The position numbers and the translations under genes were made by a program. Below the pieces are notes generated by a model that did no database searches, was not told the DNA's origin, and saw only the letters and a program-made list of their open reading frames with translations. A stretch of DNA of 64,000 nucleotides, from positions 32,001-96,000 of IMG/VR virus record IMGVR_UViG_3300031555_001519. The stretch is one strand, 5' to 3'. The DNA is from a virus (taxonomy: Duplodnaviria; Caudoviricetes). Shown here piece after piece: positions 31,985 to 42,800 of this stretch (within the stretch, counting starts at the first letter, position 1; every line of letters begins with the position of its first letter).

Positions 31985-34900
31985 TTATTTAGAGTGTAGT
32001 TTTTGAATAACCTTAAGTGGTAATTCTTTAACTATTTCATTAACGATCATATCCGAATTATCCGGATTATAAACGTTAACATCACCAATAGTAATTTCCA
32101 TTGGTGAGCTTTCTCTTTTGTTAAGTGGTGTAATTGCAGAATAGGCTCTGCTTAAATTATTAAACATATTGTCCATTTGAGAATGATTTAATACTACTTC
32201 TCCTGCAAGTAGCTTGGCTAATGTCTCATTTGGTTTTAAATTTGTTTCTGTAAGTTTCATAAGATTTTTAGGCAAATCGTCTGAAGCAGAAGATACGATA
32301 CCGCCAGAGTGATAATCTGGAAAGACTATACTTGCGCTACTCAAACCTTTTCCTTCAGCTTTTCTTTGATATTCTAAAATATCTTCATAGGTACTCTTAG
32401 CTTTTGAAAGAATGTTTTCCAAGGTAGAAAATGAATTGTTTGCATTATTTACAGCATCAGCTATAGAGCCATAAAGGTCAAGTGCTGCGTCTTTAAATTC
32501 AATTAATTTCTTTTTACGCTCGTCAAATATACCGGATTCTTCTCTTCTTGTTTTTTCATTCATTTCATTCATATACAAGAAAGAAGCAGAAACCAGATTT
32601 GCAGCCTTAGTCCATGTACCAGATAAATCTTTAGTTTTATCGGTACGTTCTTGAATTGCTAACAACTCTTCTTCATTATCAAGGATTATCTTTTTTATAT
32701 TTTCTTGAGCAGTTTTTACATCAAGATTTTTTAACAAATATTCGTCTGCTTCATCATTGATTGCTTGAATTGTAAGTTCGTTGGCCTTTATTTTTTCTTC
32801 AATTGTAGACACTTGATTTTTAGCTCCATTTAGTTTAGAGGCAAATGTGTCTAAAATAGAAGTATCCATACTCATAACACTATTTAGTGCATCAGCTCCA
32901 AACACTGCAAAGAAATCTTGCATAGCAATAATGTTTTCATAGCTTTTAGAAACCTTGTCGATTTTCTCAGCGTATTCTTCCCATGAACGAATTTGGTCAT
33001 CAATAGACTTAATGGCATCTTCTTTTTGTTCACTAAGAGTCTTAATAATCTTATCAAAGTTGTTGATTGTATTATCATACTCTTGTTGGTCAAGTTCGTT
33101 TTGAGCTTCTATGATTGCCTTTTGATCAGCCTCATATACAAAACCTTCTCCTTGGCGATATACTCTAGTTGTTTTATTTCGGATGGCTTTCTCAAGATTG
33201 TATTTAGCATTCTCTAAATCTATCTGTCTTTTTAACTCATCATTACTCTCAGTAAGAGCATCCTTTTGGTCTTGAATAACTTTTATCTGTTCATCCCAAT
33301 AGTTTGTAATATTTTCCTTACTATCGTTAAGATTATCTATCTGTTCCTGAATCAACATATTAGCATAACCAATAGCGTTCTCTACTTTAGATTGATAATC
33401 ATTCCAATAATCCAACTGTTTTTCCAACTTTTTATTTTGGTCTTCGATTTGTTTTATTGGAAGTAGGAGAATAGCACGATTATTTTCTAATTGGGCAACG
33501 GTACAAGCATGAATATTATCCTCAGCGTCTTGCAATTCGTTATTATATTTATGCCATAATGGAGTACCTTCATCTTCACCATCACGCATCTCTTTTGCAG
33601 CTTTAGCATCTTCAAGATATACATTCATTTGCTCCTGAAGGTAATCATTTATCTGAGAATATTGTTCTTTAGTACCTTGACCGCCAATTGTCTCAGCTAA
33701 ATCAATTTCATTCTGAATATCCTTAATATTATTATCATAATAAGATATTTGATTAGCACGGTCTTCCTTGCCAACCTCGTATTTCCTTTCAGCTTCACTT
33801 CCTAAATATTCATCATATTCTTTTTGAAGCTTTAAGCGTTCTTTTTCAGAAGTAGCGAGAGAGAGGTTATATTGAAGTATATTATACTTCAGTTGTTTTT
33901 CTCTATCAAGCCATGCAAGACGTTCTGAAGCAGTCATTTTTTCTTGATTATCCAGATTATGAATTTCAAGCTTTATTTCTTCTTTATCAAGAAGAATAGA
34001 GTTAATGGTTCTTTCATCTTCCTTTTGTTTTTCAATTGCTTGTTGATGCTTGTCCAATGAAGCCAACCAAGTATCATAAGCCTCAACAGCTTTCATAACT
34101 TGATTATATTCATTTTCATCAGTGAAGTTTTGAATTTTAAGATTTGATCTATCACCAGTAATATAATCAACATATTTAGAATCAATTTTACCAGCTTCTT
34201 TTTTCCAAATCTTTTCATATTCTTCGGATGCATCTTTAGTAGCATGAACCAACTCTTGATTTGCACCTTTTAACTGATTTAATACATCTATGCGTTTTTG
34301 AAAACCATTAGTATTACTAAGTTTGTTATCTAGTTTTTCAACTTCTCGTTCAGCATTCTCGACAGCAATAGCAATCCAATCATATTCCTCGGAGAATTCT
34401 TTGTCTTTACCATCTTTACCATCATGTAAAAGATTTGTATTAAAGTCAGGAATATTATTATCAATAGATGTATCAAAAGCATTAATTACTTCCTCTATAT
34501 CTGTAAGTTCTTTCTCGGCTTTATCCTTTCTTTCCCATGCTTTAAATGTAGCTAGAGTTGCAGGAGCACCGGACTCTACAAGGCTTGCTTGTTGCTCGAA
34601 GTTATAATTCGCTCTTTCTAACTCTGTTTTTTTAGAAGCATATTCTTTATCCATGGCAAGTTTTGCTTCAAGATAAGTAGAATAATTTCCCAACTCAATA
34701 CCATATTTATCAGCTTTAGCAATTATATCTTGTGATAAATCTGCTATAATTTGGTCATAAAAATCTTCGTCCTCACCCTTTTTCTGTGCTATATATAACT
34801 TATAATTCTGCAAGTCTGCTTCATATTCTGTTGTTAAATCACGAATTAAATCTTTCTCATCAGATTTTCCTTCTAGATATTTATCAATAGAGCTTTCGAG

Positions 34901-36586
34901 ATTAGGATATTGACTTGCGATATTTTGTAGGGTTTCAACTGATATTTTACCTGTTTCATTAGCTTCGGTTTTTAATTCGTTAAGTATTGTATGAGTAGAT
35001 TGTAATTCAGATAACATTTCATCTAAACTTATGTTACTACTTTCTGCTGTAATATTATCGAATAAATCTAATATATCATCAGTTGCCCCAACATTCTGTA
35101 AAGAAGTTTTTAGTGTATTTAATTTATCATCTATTAATACTTGTATAGCATTTGATAAATTATCAGTTTCACCGGTAAGAACAGGAAATGCTTGATATAA
35201 ATCTAGCAACTCAGAATCTGATAAATTACTATTCCTTATCTTATCCAAAGCATCAGACAAGGTATTTAAATCAGACTGATAATTATCAATCTTTTCTGCG
35301 TTGTCTACATTAAAACTAAATTCTGGCATTGTCTCGTTTACTGTTACTTGTGACTTTGCAATTCCATTAAGGTATTGTAAATACACAGATGCAACACTTT
35401 GTCCGTCTTCAAGTATTAAATTTGCATCTTCAAGAGCAGCAATAAGACCATCATACTTCGCAATATCCTCTTCTGTTAAAGTATCACCATTAACAAGTTT
35501 CTCTTGAATTTCACTTTGTACATCTGTAAGAGAAGAATCGTTTAATGCCGTATCTATTTGAATGGTATTCCATTCGCCTGAACTATCAGTTAATTTATAA
35601 ATCTCTTTCTTCCAAAACTCAACGAAATCCCACATTTCTTGGTTTTTAGCATCGTCAAATGTTCCATCAGGATTCATAAACTTCGCCAATATATTCTGAT
35701 ATTCCAATAGTTCGGTAAGCATAGCTCCTGAACGACCTTTTAATATTTCAACTAAATTTTCTTGGCCTTCTTGTAAAGATTTAGTAGCTTCTTCATCACC
35801 AAACTCTATTGTTTGGTTTATACCTTCATACAGCGCATTAAGTGATAATATCAGATTTTTATCAGTTATATCGTCACTATCAATATTTTTTAAACTGTGT
35901 AAAGGATGAATGGTATCCATATAATCAGCAGAAGCAGTAGTCTCAGTACCAAATTCGTTATAGAATGTTTTTCTATTACTTTCTAACAATTCAGTAGCTT
36001 GTTCTTTTTCTTCTTTTTTCTTTGCGTCCTCTTGTTCTCTTAAAAGTTTATTAGCAAAAGCAAGTTTTTTTAGCTCGTCTTCTTCTATAAGAGTAATAGT
36101 ACCATCCCTGTCTTTTGCCAATAATTCATCTATTCTTTTTGTATTTTTCTCTATTTCATCTCCAAGAGTTTTTAACTCTTGAACGGTATTTTCATATTCA
36201 GTATTTAATTCCGAAATTTTCTCTTTTTGTTCTTCAATAGTAGGATTAAAATGCTTATATAAAGCAATAACACCAGTAAGAGCAGCGGCTATACCTAAAA
36301 TCCATGTTGCTGGATTGGTAAGTATTGCGACTGCCATAGCTTTCGCATTTGCCAATATGGCAGTAGTATATGCTTGCATAGAAAATGTAGCAACACCGGT
36401 TGCAGAAGCAGTAGCTGTTTTTGTAGCAGCGTTTACTGCCTCTGCCTCGGCTGCTTTTTTACTTGCTAACACACTAGCCTTTTGGTTTTCTGTCAAATTT
36501 TTAGTTAGTTTATCTAATTCGTCTGCATTGGTTGTAGTACTTCTTAAAGCTTCGCCGTAAGCACTTAAACCTTTAAAATCAAATAT
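31985..36586 (-). CDS. tape measure protein C-terminal part B (proposed alternative exon 3B, 1533 aa)
   Basis: Long coiled coil with TM segment; YDWI and YHSGG motifs paralogous to exon 3A; no RBS before its TTG; begins at GTTTG|ATATTT. Confidence 0.8.
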   Translation of the reverse strand: MFDFKGLSAYGEALRSTTTNADELDKLTKNLTENQKASVLASKKAAEAEAVNAATKTATASATGVATFSMQAYTTAILANAKAMAVAILTNPATWILGIAAALTGVIALYKHFNPTIEEQKEKISELNTEYENTVQELKTLGDEIEKNTKRIDELLAKDRDGTITLIEEDELKKLAFANKLLREQEDAKKKEEKEQATELLESNRKTFYNEFGTETTASADYMDTIHPLHSLKNIDSDDITDKNLILSLNALYEGINQTIEFGDEEATKSLQEGQENLVEILKGRSGAMLTELLEYQNILAKFMNPDGTFDDAKNQEMWDFVEFWKKEIYKLTDSSGEWNTIQIDTALNDSSLTDVQSEIQEKLVNGDTLTEEDIAKYDGLIAALEDANLILEDGQSVASVYLQYLNGIAKSQVTVNETMPEFSFNVDNAEKIDNYQSDLNTLSDALDKIRNSNLSDSELLDLYQAFPVLTGETDNLSNAIQVLIDDKLNTLKTSLQNVGATDDILDLFDNITAESSNISLDEMLSELQSTHTILNELKTEANETGKISVETLQNIASQYPNLESSIDKYLEGKSDEKDLIRDLTTEYEADLQNYKLYIAQKKGEDEDFYDQIIADLSQDIIAKADKYGIELGNYSTYLEAKLAMDKEYASKKTELERANYNFEQQASLVESGAPATLATFKAWERKDKAEKELTDIEEVINAFDTSIDNNIPDFNTNLLHDGKDGKDKEFSEEYDWIAIAVENAEREVEKLDNKLSNTNGFQKRIDVLNQLKGANQELVHATKDASEEYEKIWKKEAGKIDSKYVDYITGDRSNLKIQNFTDENEYNQVMKAVEAYDTWLASLDKHQQAIEKQKEDERTINSILLDKEEIKLEIHNLDNQEKMTASERLAWLDREKQLKYNILQYNLSLATSEKERLKLQKEYDEYLGSEAERKYEVGKEDRANQISYYDNNIKDIQNEIDLAETIGGQGTKEQYSQINDYLQEQMNVYLEDAKAAKEMRDGEDEGTPLWHKYNNELQDAEDNIHACTVAQLENNRAILLLPIKQIEDQNKKLEKQLDYWNDYQSKVENAIGYANMLIQEQIDNLNDSKENITNYWDEQIKVIQDQKDALTESNDELKRQIDLENAKYNLEKAIRNKTTRVYRQGEGFVYEADQKAIIEAQNELDQQEYDNTINNFDKIIKTLSEQKEDAIKSIDDQIRSWEEYAEKIDKVSKSYENIIAMQDFFAVFGADALNSVMSMDTSILDTFASKLNGAKNQVSTIEEKIKANELTIQAINDEADEYLLKNLDVKTAQENIKKIILDNEEELLAIQERTDKTKDLSGTWTKAANLVSASFLYMNEMNEKTRREESGIFDERKKKLIEFKDAALDLYGSIADAVNNANNSFSTLENILSKAKSTYEDILEYQRKAEGKGLSSASIVFPDYHSGGIVSSASDDLPKNLMKLTETNLKPNETLAKLLAGEVVLNHSQMDNMFNNLSRAYSAITPLNKRESSPMEITIGDVNVYNPDNSDMIVNEIVKELPLKVIQKLHSK

Positions 36587-36630
36587 CAAACATTATTAAT
36601 ATATAATGTGTTAGGATTCATTATATATTA
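36581..36630 (-). promoter_or_regulatory. putative 3' splice acceptor B with upstream hairpin
   Basis: 12-bp perfect stem TAATATATAATG/CATTATATATTA, loop AATCCTAACA, then 10 nt ATAATGTTTG|ATATTT. Confidence 0.65.
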
Positions 36631-36636
36631 CACGAA

Positions 36637-37161
36637 TTAATCAACTTCTCTTATTTCTCGCATTACCGGTTCTACAATGCTGTGCATATAACCATCGCCG
36701 CCACGTTTTTCATAATCATCAAATAAATCCCAAAACGCTTCTTTTTCCAACTTCGACCATTCACCAATAACTTTGTATTTATTGTAATAAGTTATAAGAC
36801 TGTCTTTTAATTCTTTTAATTTGGTTTCATTTTCTTTCTGTTGCATAGCTTCTAAAGTATTCACTATACCATTAACCGTATCTGTAAGTTTCTTTAAATC
36901 ATCACGAATGATTTCGTCATGGCGTATTGATTGCTTCGTATCTTCCTCATGTTTCTTTGCTAATTCCTGGATTGCTTTTGAATTTTGCAAGGTTAGTTCA
37001 TGGTCTGCTTGTTTCTGCTTCATTACACCAATTGGTTTTTTAATTATTACTGAAAATTCAGTAATAATTTTATATAAAGAAGTAATGCCAACAAGAATAA
37101 GAATTCCTGTTATAAACCATCCCTGAATATCAAGTTCTCCTAATTTTAAAACATCATTCAT
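36637..37161 (-). CDS. membrane protein of the lysis region (holin-like)
   Basis: One N-terminal TM helix, coiled coil, C-terminal YEKRGGDG; directly after the endolysin. Confidence 0.55.
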   Translation of the reverse strand: MNDVLKLGELDIQGWFITGILILVGITSLYKIITEFSVIIKKPIGVMKQKQADHELTLQNSKAIQELAKKHEEDTKQSIRHDEIIRDDLKKLTDTVNGIVNTLEAMQQKENETKLKELKDSLITYYNKYKVIGEWSKLEKEAFWDLFDDYEKRGGDGYMHSIVEPVMREIREVD

Positions 37162-37184
37162 TTTATCTTCTGCTCCTTATCTTA

Positions 37185-38567
37185 TTATAACTTTAGTAAT
37201 TTCTTCCATGTTGTTTTCTGAGCAGTGATCTCACCATCCGCAACACACTTATTATCCTTTTGAAAAGCCTTGATAGCAATATCAAATTTTTCACCGGCAA
37301 TTCCATCTTCTTTACCACAATTATATCCAAGACTATTTAAATATTTTTGTATTGGTTTTACAACAGCATGTTTTCTGTTCTTTGTTTTTGAAACCGTAAC
37401 AGTTTTAGATAAAGTCTCTTGTCCAGCAATTCCATCTATCTTTGCACCAATGGCAGCTTGAATGTCTTTTACAAATTGTTTATGTGTGTATGTAGTAGAA
37501 GAGGATGTAGTAGAAGTGGTGGATGAAGTTGGAGTTTTAAACCCTAGCAACTTATTAACTTCATCTGCAATATATCCGTGTCTTTCATATAAAAACTCGC
37601 CCGGACAAGCCTTGTTTTTGTAATCTCTATGTACAGTCATATTACAACCATTCAAGTGATTTACTCGTTCATTTTTGTCTGTACTCCATACTAATTTCTT
37701 AATGTTGTTACGTCTACAAATATCCGCACATAACTGAATTAACGCAACCATAGCTTTATCTTTGACTGCATATGGATGTGCTGTATCACACGCAACCTCG
37801 ATAGTTATTGCACGATGATCGTTGGCTTTGTTAGAAGTACACCAAGATCTATCTTTTTCTTCAACGCACAATCCAATACTTCCATCATATCCAACAACAT
37901 AATTACAAGAAGCACCACTAATGGGATTGTATTTTACAAATCTACTACCATTACAACCTCTTTCAGCAGTAACTTGTCCTACATAAGCATGAATAGTAAT
38001 AGTATCAATCACATGATTTCTTGGTGATGTTTTATTTGGACTAATCTTTGTATAAGTCACAAATGGACTATTTGTATATGCCATATTGTTTGTCTCCTTT
38101 ACTGTATCATATTTTGTTAATTTGTAAGTTTGAATTACACGATACACATTATCTACATATTTCAAACTAGTAGCATATCCATCAGCTTTGATTCGCTCTA
38201 AATATGTTTTTGGATTTGTAACTCCTTTAAGATTTGAATATCTTGAGATATTAATAAAATCAAAGTATCCGATAACACAATCTTCAATGGTGTTGAATTT
38301 ACACCACTGCATAGCAGTAGATGTGTATGTACCATCTGCATTCTGTTCACTTCCCACTTTGTAGTAAATGCCACTTGCAGTAGGACATCTGCCGGATTTA
38401 TATTTCAAGCCAAAGAAATTATTAGCATTGGTTGCCAGTTCAGAAGTACCAGCTCCAGACTCAAGTACAGCTTGAGCTATGATAGGAGAGCATACCTTTA
38501 TTCCATATTGTGGAGCATATTTTTGAACATATTTAGCAATTTCATTTATAAATTGTTCCTTAGTCAT
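37185..38567 (-). CDS. endolysin: GH73 glucosaminidase + Amidase_2 + peptidoglycan-binding domain
   Basis: AQAVLESG..NNFFGLK..GYATS; ITIH..SCNY..AITIEVA..HRDYKNKACPG; DGIAG/FQKD repeats. Confidence 0.9.
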   Translation of the reverse strand: MTKEQFINEIAKYVQKYAPQYGIKVCSPIIAQAVLESGAGTSELATNANNFFGLKYKSGRCPTASGIYYKVGSEQNADGTYTSTAMQWCKFNTIEDCVIGYFDFINISRYSNLKGVTNPKTYLERIKADGYATSLKYVDNVYRVIQTYKLTKYDTVKETNNMAYTNSPFVTYTKISPNKTSPRNHVIDTITIHAYVGQVTAERGCNGSRFVKYNPISGASCNYVVGYDGSIGLCVEEKDRSWCTSNKANDHRAITIEVACDTAHPYAVKDKAMVALIQLCADICRRNNIKKLVWSTDKNERVNHLNGCNMTVHRDYKNKACPGEFLYERHGYIADEVNKLLGFKTPTSSTTSTTSSSTTYTHKQFVKDIQAAIGAKIDGIAGQETLSKTVTVSKTKNRKHAVVKPIQKYLNSLGYNCGKEDGIAGEKFDIAIKAFQKDNKCVADGEITAQKTTWKKLLKL

Positions 38568-38635
38568 TTAAATCACTCCTTTCTTTTACAATAAAATAGA
38601 GCCAGCATTACACTGGCTCCAATATGTATTATTTA

Positions 38636-38992
38636 TTATTCAGTTTCTTTAATTGTTTCAACAATAGTATTAGCTACTAAATCCAACTCTTTACAAGCAG
38701 CTTCAATGAAACCCTCGACTTCAGGAGTAATAGTAATACCTTTGAACTCTAAAAACTCAATAACTTTAGATTTCTTATCTGTCTTGGGTATTACACCAGA
38801 CTCTGCAAGCTTTTCCGCAGCCTTTACAAATTTGCTTACTAAATTGTAAATTCGTTTTTCTTCCAACCAAGGCTTTAATTCGGTTTTAATCAATGGGATT
38901 AAGTATACGCTTACTACAATAGATAAGATTGCAATTACCATTTCTAAAACATTTTCAGTTACTGCGTTAATTATTAATTCTGTCATATTCAT
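38636..38992 (-). CDS. holin (LL-H-like)
   Basis: One TM, VKAAEKL..K..IEAAC; directly upstream of the endolysin. Confidence 0.7.
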   Translation of the reverse strand: MNMTELIINAVTENVLEMVIAILSIVVSVYLIPLIKTELKPWLEEKRIYNLVSKFVKAAEKLAESGVIPKTDKKSKVIEFLEFKGITITPEVEGFIEAACKELDLVANTIVETIKETE

Positions 38993-39001
38993 TTCTCCTT
39001 G

Positions 39002-39271
39002 TTACTCGTTTAATAATTGGTTAATGTCAATTTGTTCCCATAGTTCTTTTGGTAAACTCCCTAATACTTTAGGTACATTTTCTTTGGCACTTTTTCTGAA
39101 ATAAAATGCATTCGAAACAGCCACCTCTCCATATACAAGAGAAGTGATAGTTGTTATATTAGAGACTTCGTATCCCATAAAAGTTCCAACAATAACAATA
39201 ATTGTTAAAACAATGGCTATCACATAGCTTACCAATATTATTTTTTTACTACATTCCATTCGTTTTTTCAT
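39002..39271 (-). CDS. two-TM membrane protein (holin-like)
   Basis: Two hydrophobic segments, FYFRKSAKEN. Confidence 0.55.
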   Translation of the reverse strand: MKKRMECSKKIILVSYVIAIVLTIIVIVGTFMGYEVSNITTITSLVYGEVAVSNAFYFRKSAKENVPKVLGSLPKELWEQIDINQLLNE

Positions 39272-39342
39272 ATATACACCTTCTTTAAAACAATAAAATA
39301 AGGAGTCACCAATTTGATAACTCCTTATTATTTTAAATTATC

Positions 39343-39831
39343 CTACATCTTAGACCAGTATACCGGATAATCTTTCGGACTCCATACACAAACCTGTCCA
39401 TCAGGAGCTATACACTCATAATTATCTCCTTCGAAAGAGACAATATCTCCATTTCGATACCATACTCCAGCTTCATATTCAGGATATGTAGGCTCAGTTA
39501 CTTCTGTGTTATCACCTTCTGTACCTTCTCCTTCTGTATCACCGGGTTCAGGTTCTTCACCTTCGATACCACCAGATTCTTCACCTGTTGATTCATCATT
39601 AAGCGTAGCGAGAATTTCTTCCATTGCTTTTACACGTTTGTCCAAGTCATCAAGTTTAGCCAGTATATCCACGCTATTAGAAATCATGGCATTATTCCTT
39701 GCAAGGTCAATCAATTCTGATCTCTGCTCGTCTGTTAAGCTTCCTTGTACCCATAAGGTGTCAATCTTGGCTAATATATCTTTCAATTCATATCTCTTAG
39801 ATGTTATTACGATTTTTATTACATTGTACAT
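39343..39831 (-). CDS. protein with C-terminal carbohydrate-binding-like module
   Basis: Acidic linker, then YEAGVWYRNGDIVSFEGDNYEC..WSP..W. Confidence 0.55.
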   Translation of the reverse strand: MYNVIKIVITSKRYELKDILAKIDTLWVQGSLTDEQRSELIDLARNNAMISNSVDILAKLDDLDKRVKAMEEILATLNDESTGEESGGIEGEEPEPGDTEGEGTEGDNTEVTEPTYPEYEAGVWYRNGDIVSFEGDNYECIAPDGQVCVWSPKDYPVYWSKM

Positions 39832-39847
39832 TATATCTTATCCCCCA

Positions 39848-42800
39848 TTAAATATTATTCACTATAGCTGCTTCCAGTGCCGCAAGTCTGTCAACATAGT
39901 TCTTTCCGTACAACTCACCATTTCTGCCTGCAAGCATACCTTCTAACGTATATCCACCAATCTTAGAAGTACCATACTCACCCTTGAATGTAGGCTCGAT
40001 TTCAGAGTCAAATTCAAGGTAGGTGATTCCGTCATAGGTTGATAGGCTGTTAAGTGCTATTTGGTCTGCAAGTGGTAGTTCTTCGGTGGTAGGTGTTGCA
40101 AGTTCATATAGCACACAAACTTCGTTATTGTCAAAAAAGTTTACAGTATCACCTTTACTTGTAAAATTGTCATTCTCTGATTTTGGTACTCTGAATATTA
40201 TATTGCCAGAATAACTATCCACATAGCATCTAAACGAATTGACATCTTTAACTCTGTCATTAAAGCTGACACCGATAAATCTGTTAGATATACATTTTCC
40301 ATCAATCTTTCCGACTTTATTGATAGATATTGCATTTCCTGTTTCTGCATATGGAGTAATAAATTCTACATTATTTCCAGTCGCCCTCAAATATTCAAAT
40401 TTTCGCTTAACCTTGCCACCCTCAATCACATCCTGCACATCACCGATTCCATACAGTTCAATAGGCTGTGAGAGAGTAACTACTGATTCGGTGTAGGGTT
40501 CGTAAGGAAGTGCTGTTGTACCTTCGTTTATCATAACTTCTTCACGTGTGATAACACCGCTTCCAACATCAACAGAATAAGAAATTCTTATATATGATGT
40601 ATTTTTTGACAACTCCTGTGTAACAGTAGGAAGAAAACCTTGTTTGCTAGTATTGCGAATAAAATTCTTTTTGCTATCATACTCTGCAATCACAAGCTGA
40701 AACCATTGAGCATCTTTATGGCTAATGGTAACACTGGGCGATTTCACCATCATATAATCACTAGCACCCCATGCCCCATTAGCAACAACAGAACCATCAC
40801 CGCTTATGTATTGGTTTGTTTTAAATTTCGACACATCAAACATATTGTTTTTTCGTGTCCTAATCTCACTCACCACAGTTTTCTTGATTTCCTGCGGATA
40901 TGATGGATTAGGTGCAGGAATACCACCTGTGTATGGTTCGTAAACATCATCCAAAATTGTCGAATCAGTTTGCAAAAACATCATTCTAAACTTATAATTG
41001 TTAAATACGTTTCCAGCATAAACGTAGATACCATGTGCGTCTTTCATATTCAAATCAATGCCAAACTTGTAGCTATTTATAGCACTTGAATTGTTTAGCT
41101 CTACGTTGTACCCTTGCCATCCATTACTTCCATCTTGATTTGCAACCGATGGAGCATTATTCGAACTTCCTTTGCCGACACTTCCACCAACATACAATAC
41201 TTCAAGATTGTATCGTTTATTTGCAGTCGTGGTTAAAATCTCGTGCGTCAGAAAAATACCATCCGCTGTCGCCGTTCCGTCCAATGTTACAATGCCATTG
41301 TTATCAATAGTACATGTTACACCATTCTTCGTGATAGAATAACCAAATGTGACATTCAGTAAGTTCTTTCCACTTGTGGTATTCTGCTGACTTTCTCCAC
41401 CCACTATTTCCTCAACCTTCAATCTTCCGTCATAGCTGTTCGGCATGGTGGTTTCGGTGGTTGAGGTAATATTAGGTATCTTCAATTCTTCAACTATAGG
41501 TTTCATTTCGGAAATCTCAATCTCAGCATTATCTGCTTTATTTAAAGCTTCAACCGCATGAGCAGAAGTCTTAGAAGTGCCATATTCTGTTGTGATTATA
41601 GGTTTAATTTCACTGTCTGTAGAAATATAGGTTATAGTATCAAAAGATTTAAGGCTATTAAGTGCTATCTGGTCTGCAATGGGTAGGGCTTCAAATGTTG
41701 GTTTGCATGGATAACAAAATGTTGCCGAATCGCAAATAGCTTTTACTTCTTCGGCACTATATTTGTCTACTCTAAGTCTTGGTCTAACTTCGGCATAACC
41801 AGTATGTCCATAATAAGAAACTACAGCATCTCCGCTAGTCGTTTCACTGGTTTGAGGTACTACAAGAAGGCTGTCACACATCAAATACTTATAGGCATTA
41901 ACCATTGTTTTACTCAATGCGTTAGAACCATTAGCAAAAGAGCCACTCACAATCCAAAATCCATCATCAGTGTTTTTTGTGGGTACTGGGAATGAATTCT
42001 GATTAGCGACAGCCATATTTCTTTCAACTCCCCACACACCGTCTTTCTGCACAATCACATCCTTAAACTCACGTCTTCCATACAACTCAATAGGCTGTGA
42101 AAGAGTAGTTACTGATTCGGTGTAGGGTTCGTAAGTAGCATCCTCAACATCAGCTTTGCGAATCATAGGATAATACGTAAAGTTTGAATATGTCACCCCT
42201 GATAGTATCCTCAAGAACACAAATGATACTCCATTTTGTGCATTAAATGGTGCTTCTATGTTACCACCGCTTAGACTGCACAAAGCACCATTACCATATC
42301 CTGCGTAAACATGCAAATCTTTAGTACCTGTTCCAGTAAGTATAAAACTCCCAATCGCACCCAATATATTGTCTGTGTTTCCCCATTTACCTGTTGTCAA
42401 ATAACAATCACCATTTGATGTAGCTGTTCCGTTTAAGGTTACACTTCCGTCACTGTTCATTGTGAAAGTTACACCGTTCACTGTTTTTGTAGTGGCAACG
42501 TTTTTCAACAAGTTCTTCCCATGTGTCCTAATCTCACTCACCACAGTTTTCTTGATTTCCTGCGGATATGATGGATTGGGAGATGCGATACCGCCAGTGT
42601 AGGGTTCGTAGGGCAATACGGTTGTGCCTGCGTTAATCATAAGTTTATCTAAAAACTCGTTTGCGATTGGCATTCTTACGTAGTGTGCTCCACTAGGCAC
42701 GGTAATTGTTCCGCTATTAGAAGAAAGAGAAGAAATAAAAGCCTTATTGGAATCATAAAATACACAAAAAGTACCACTTGATACAGATTTTCCATTAAAC

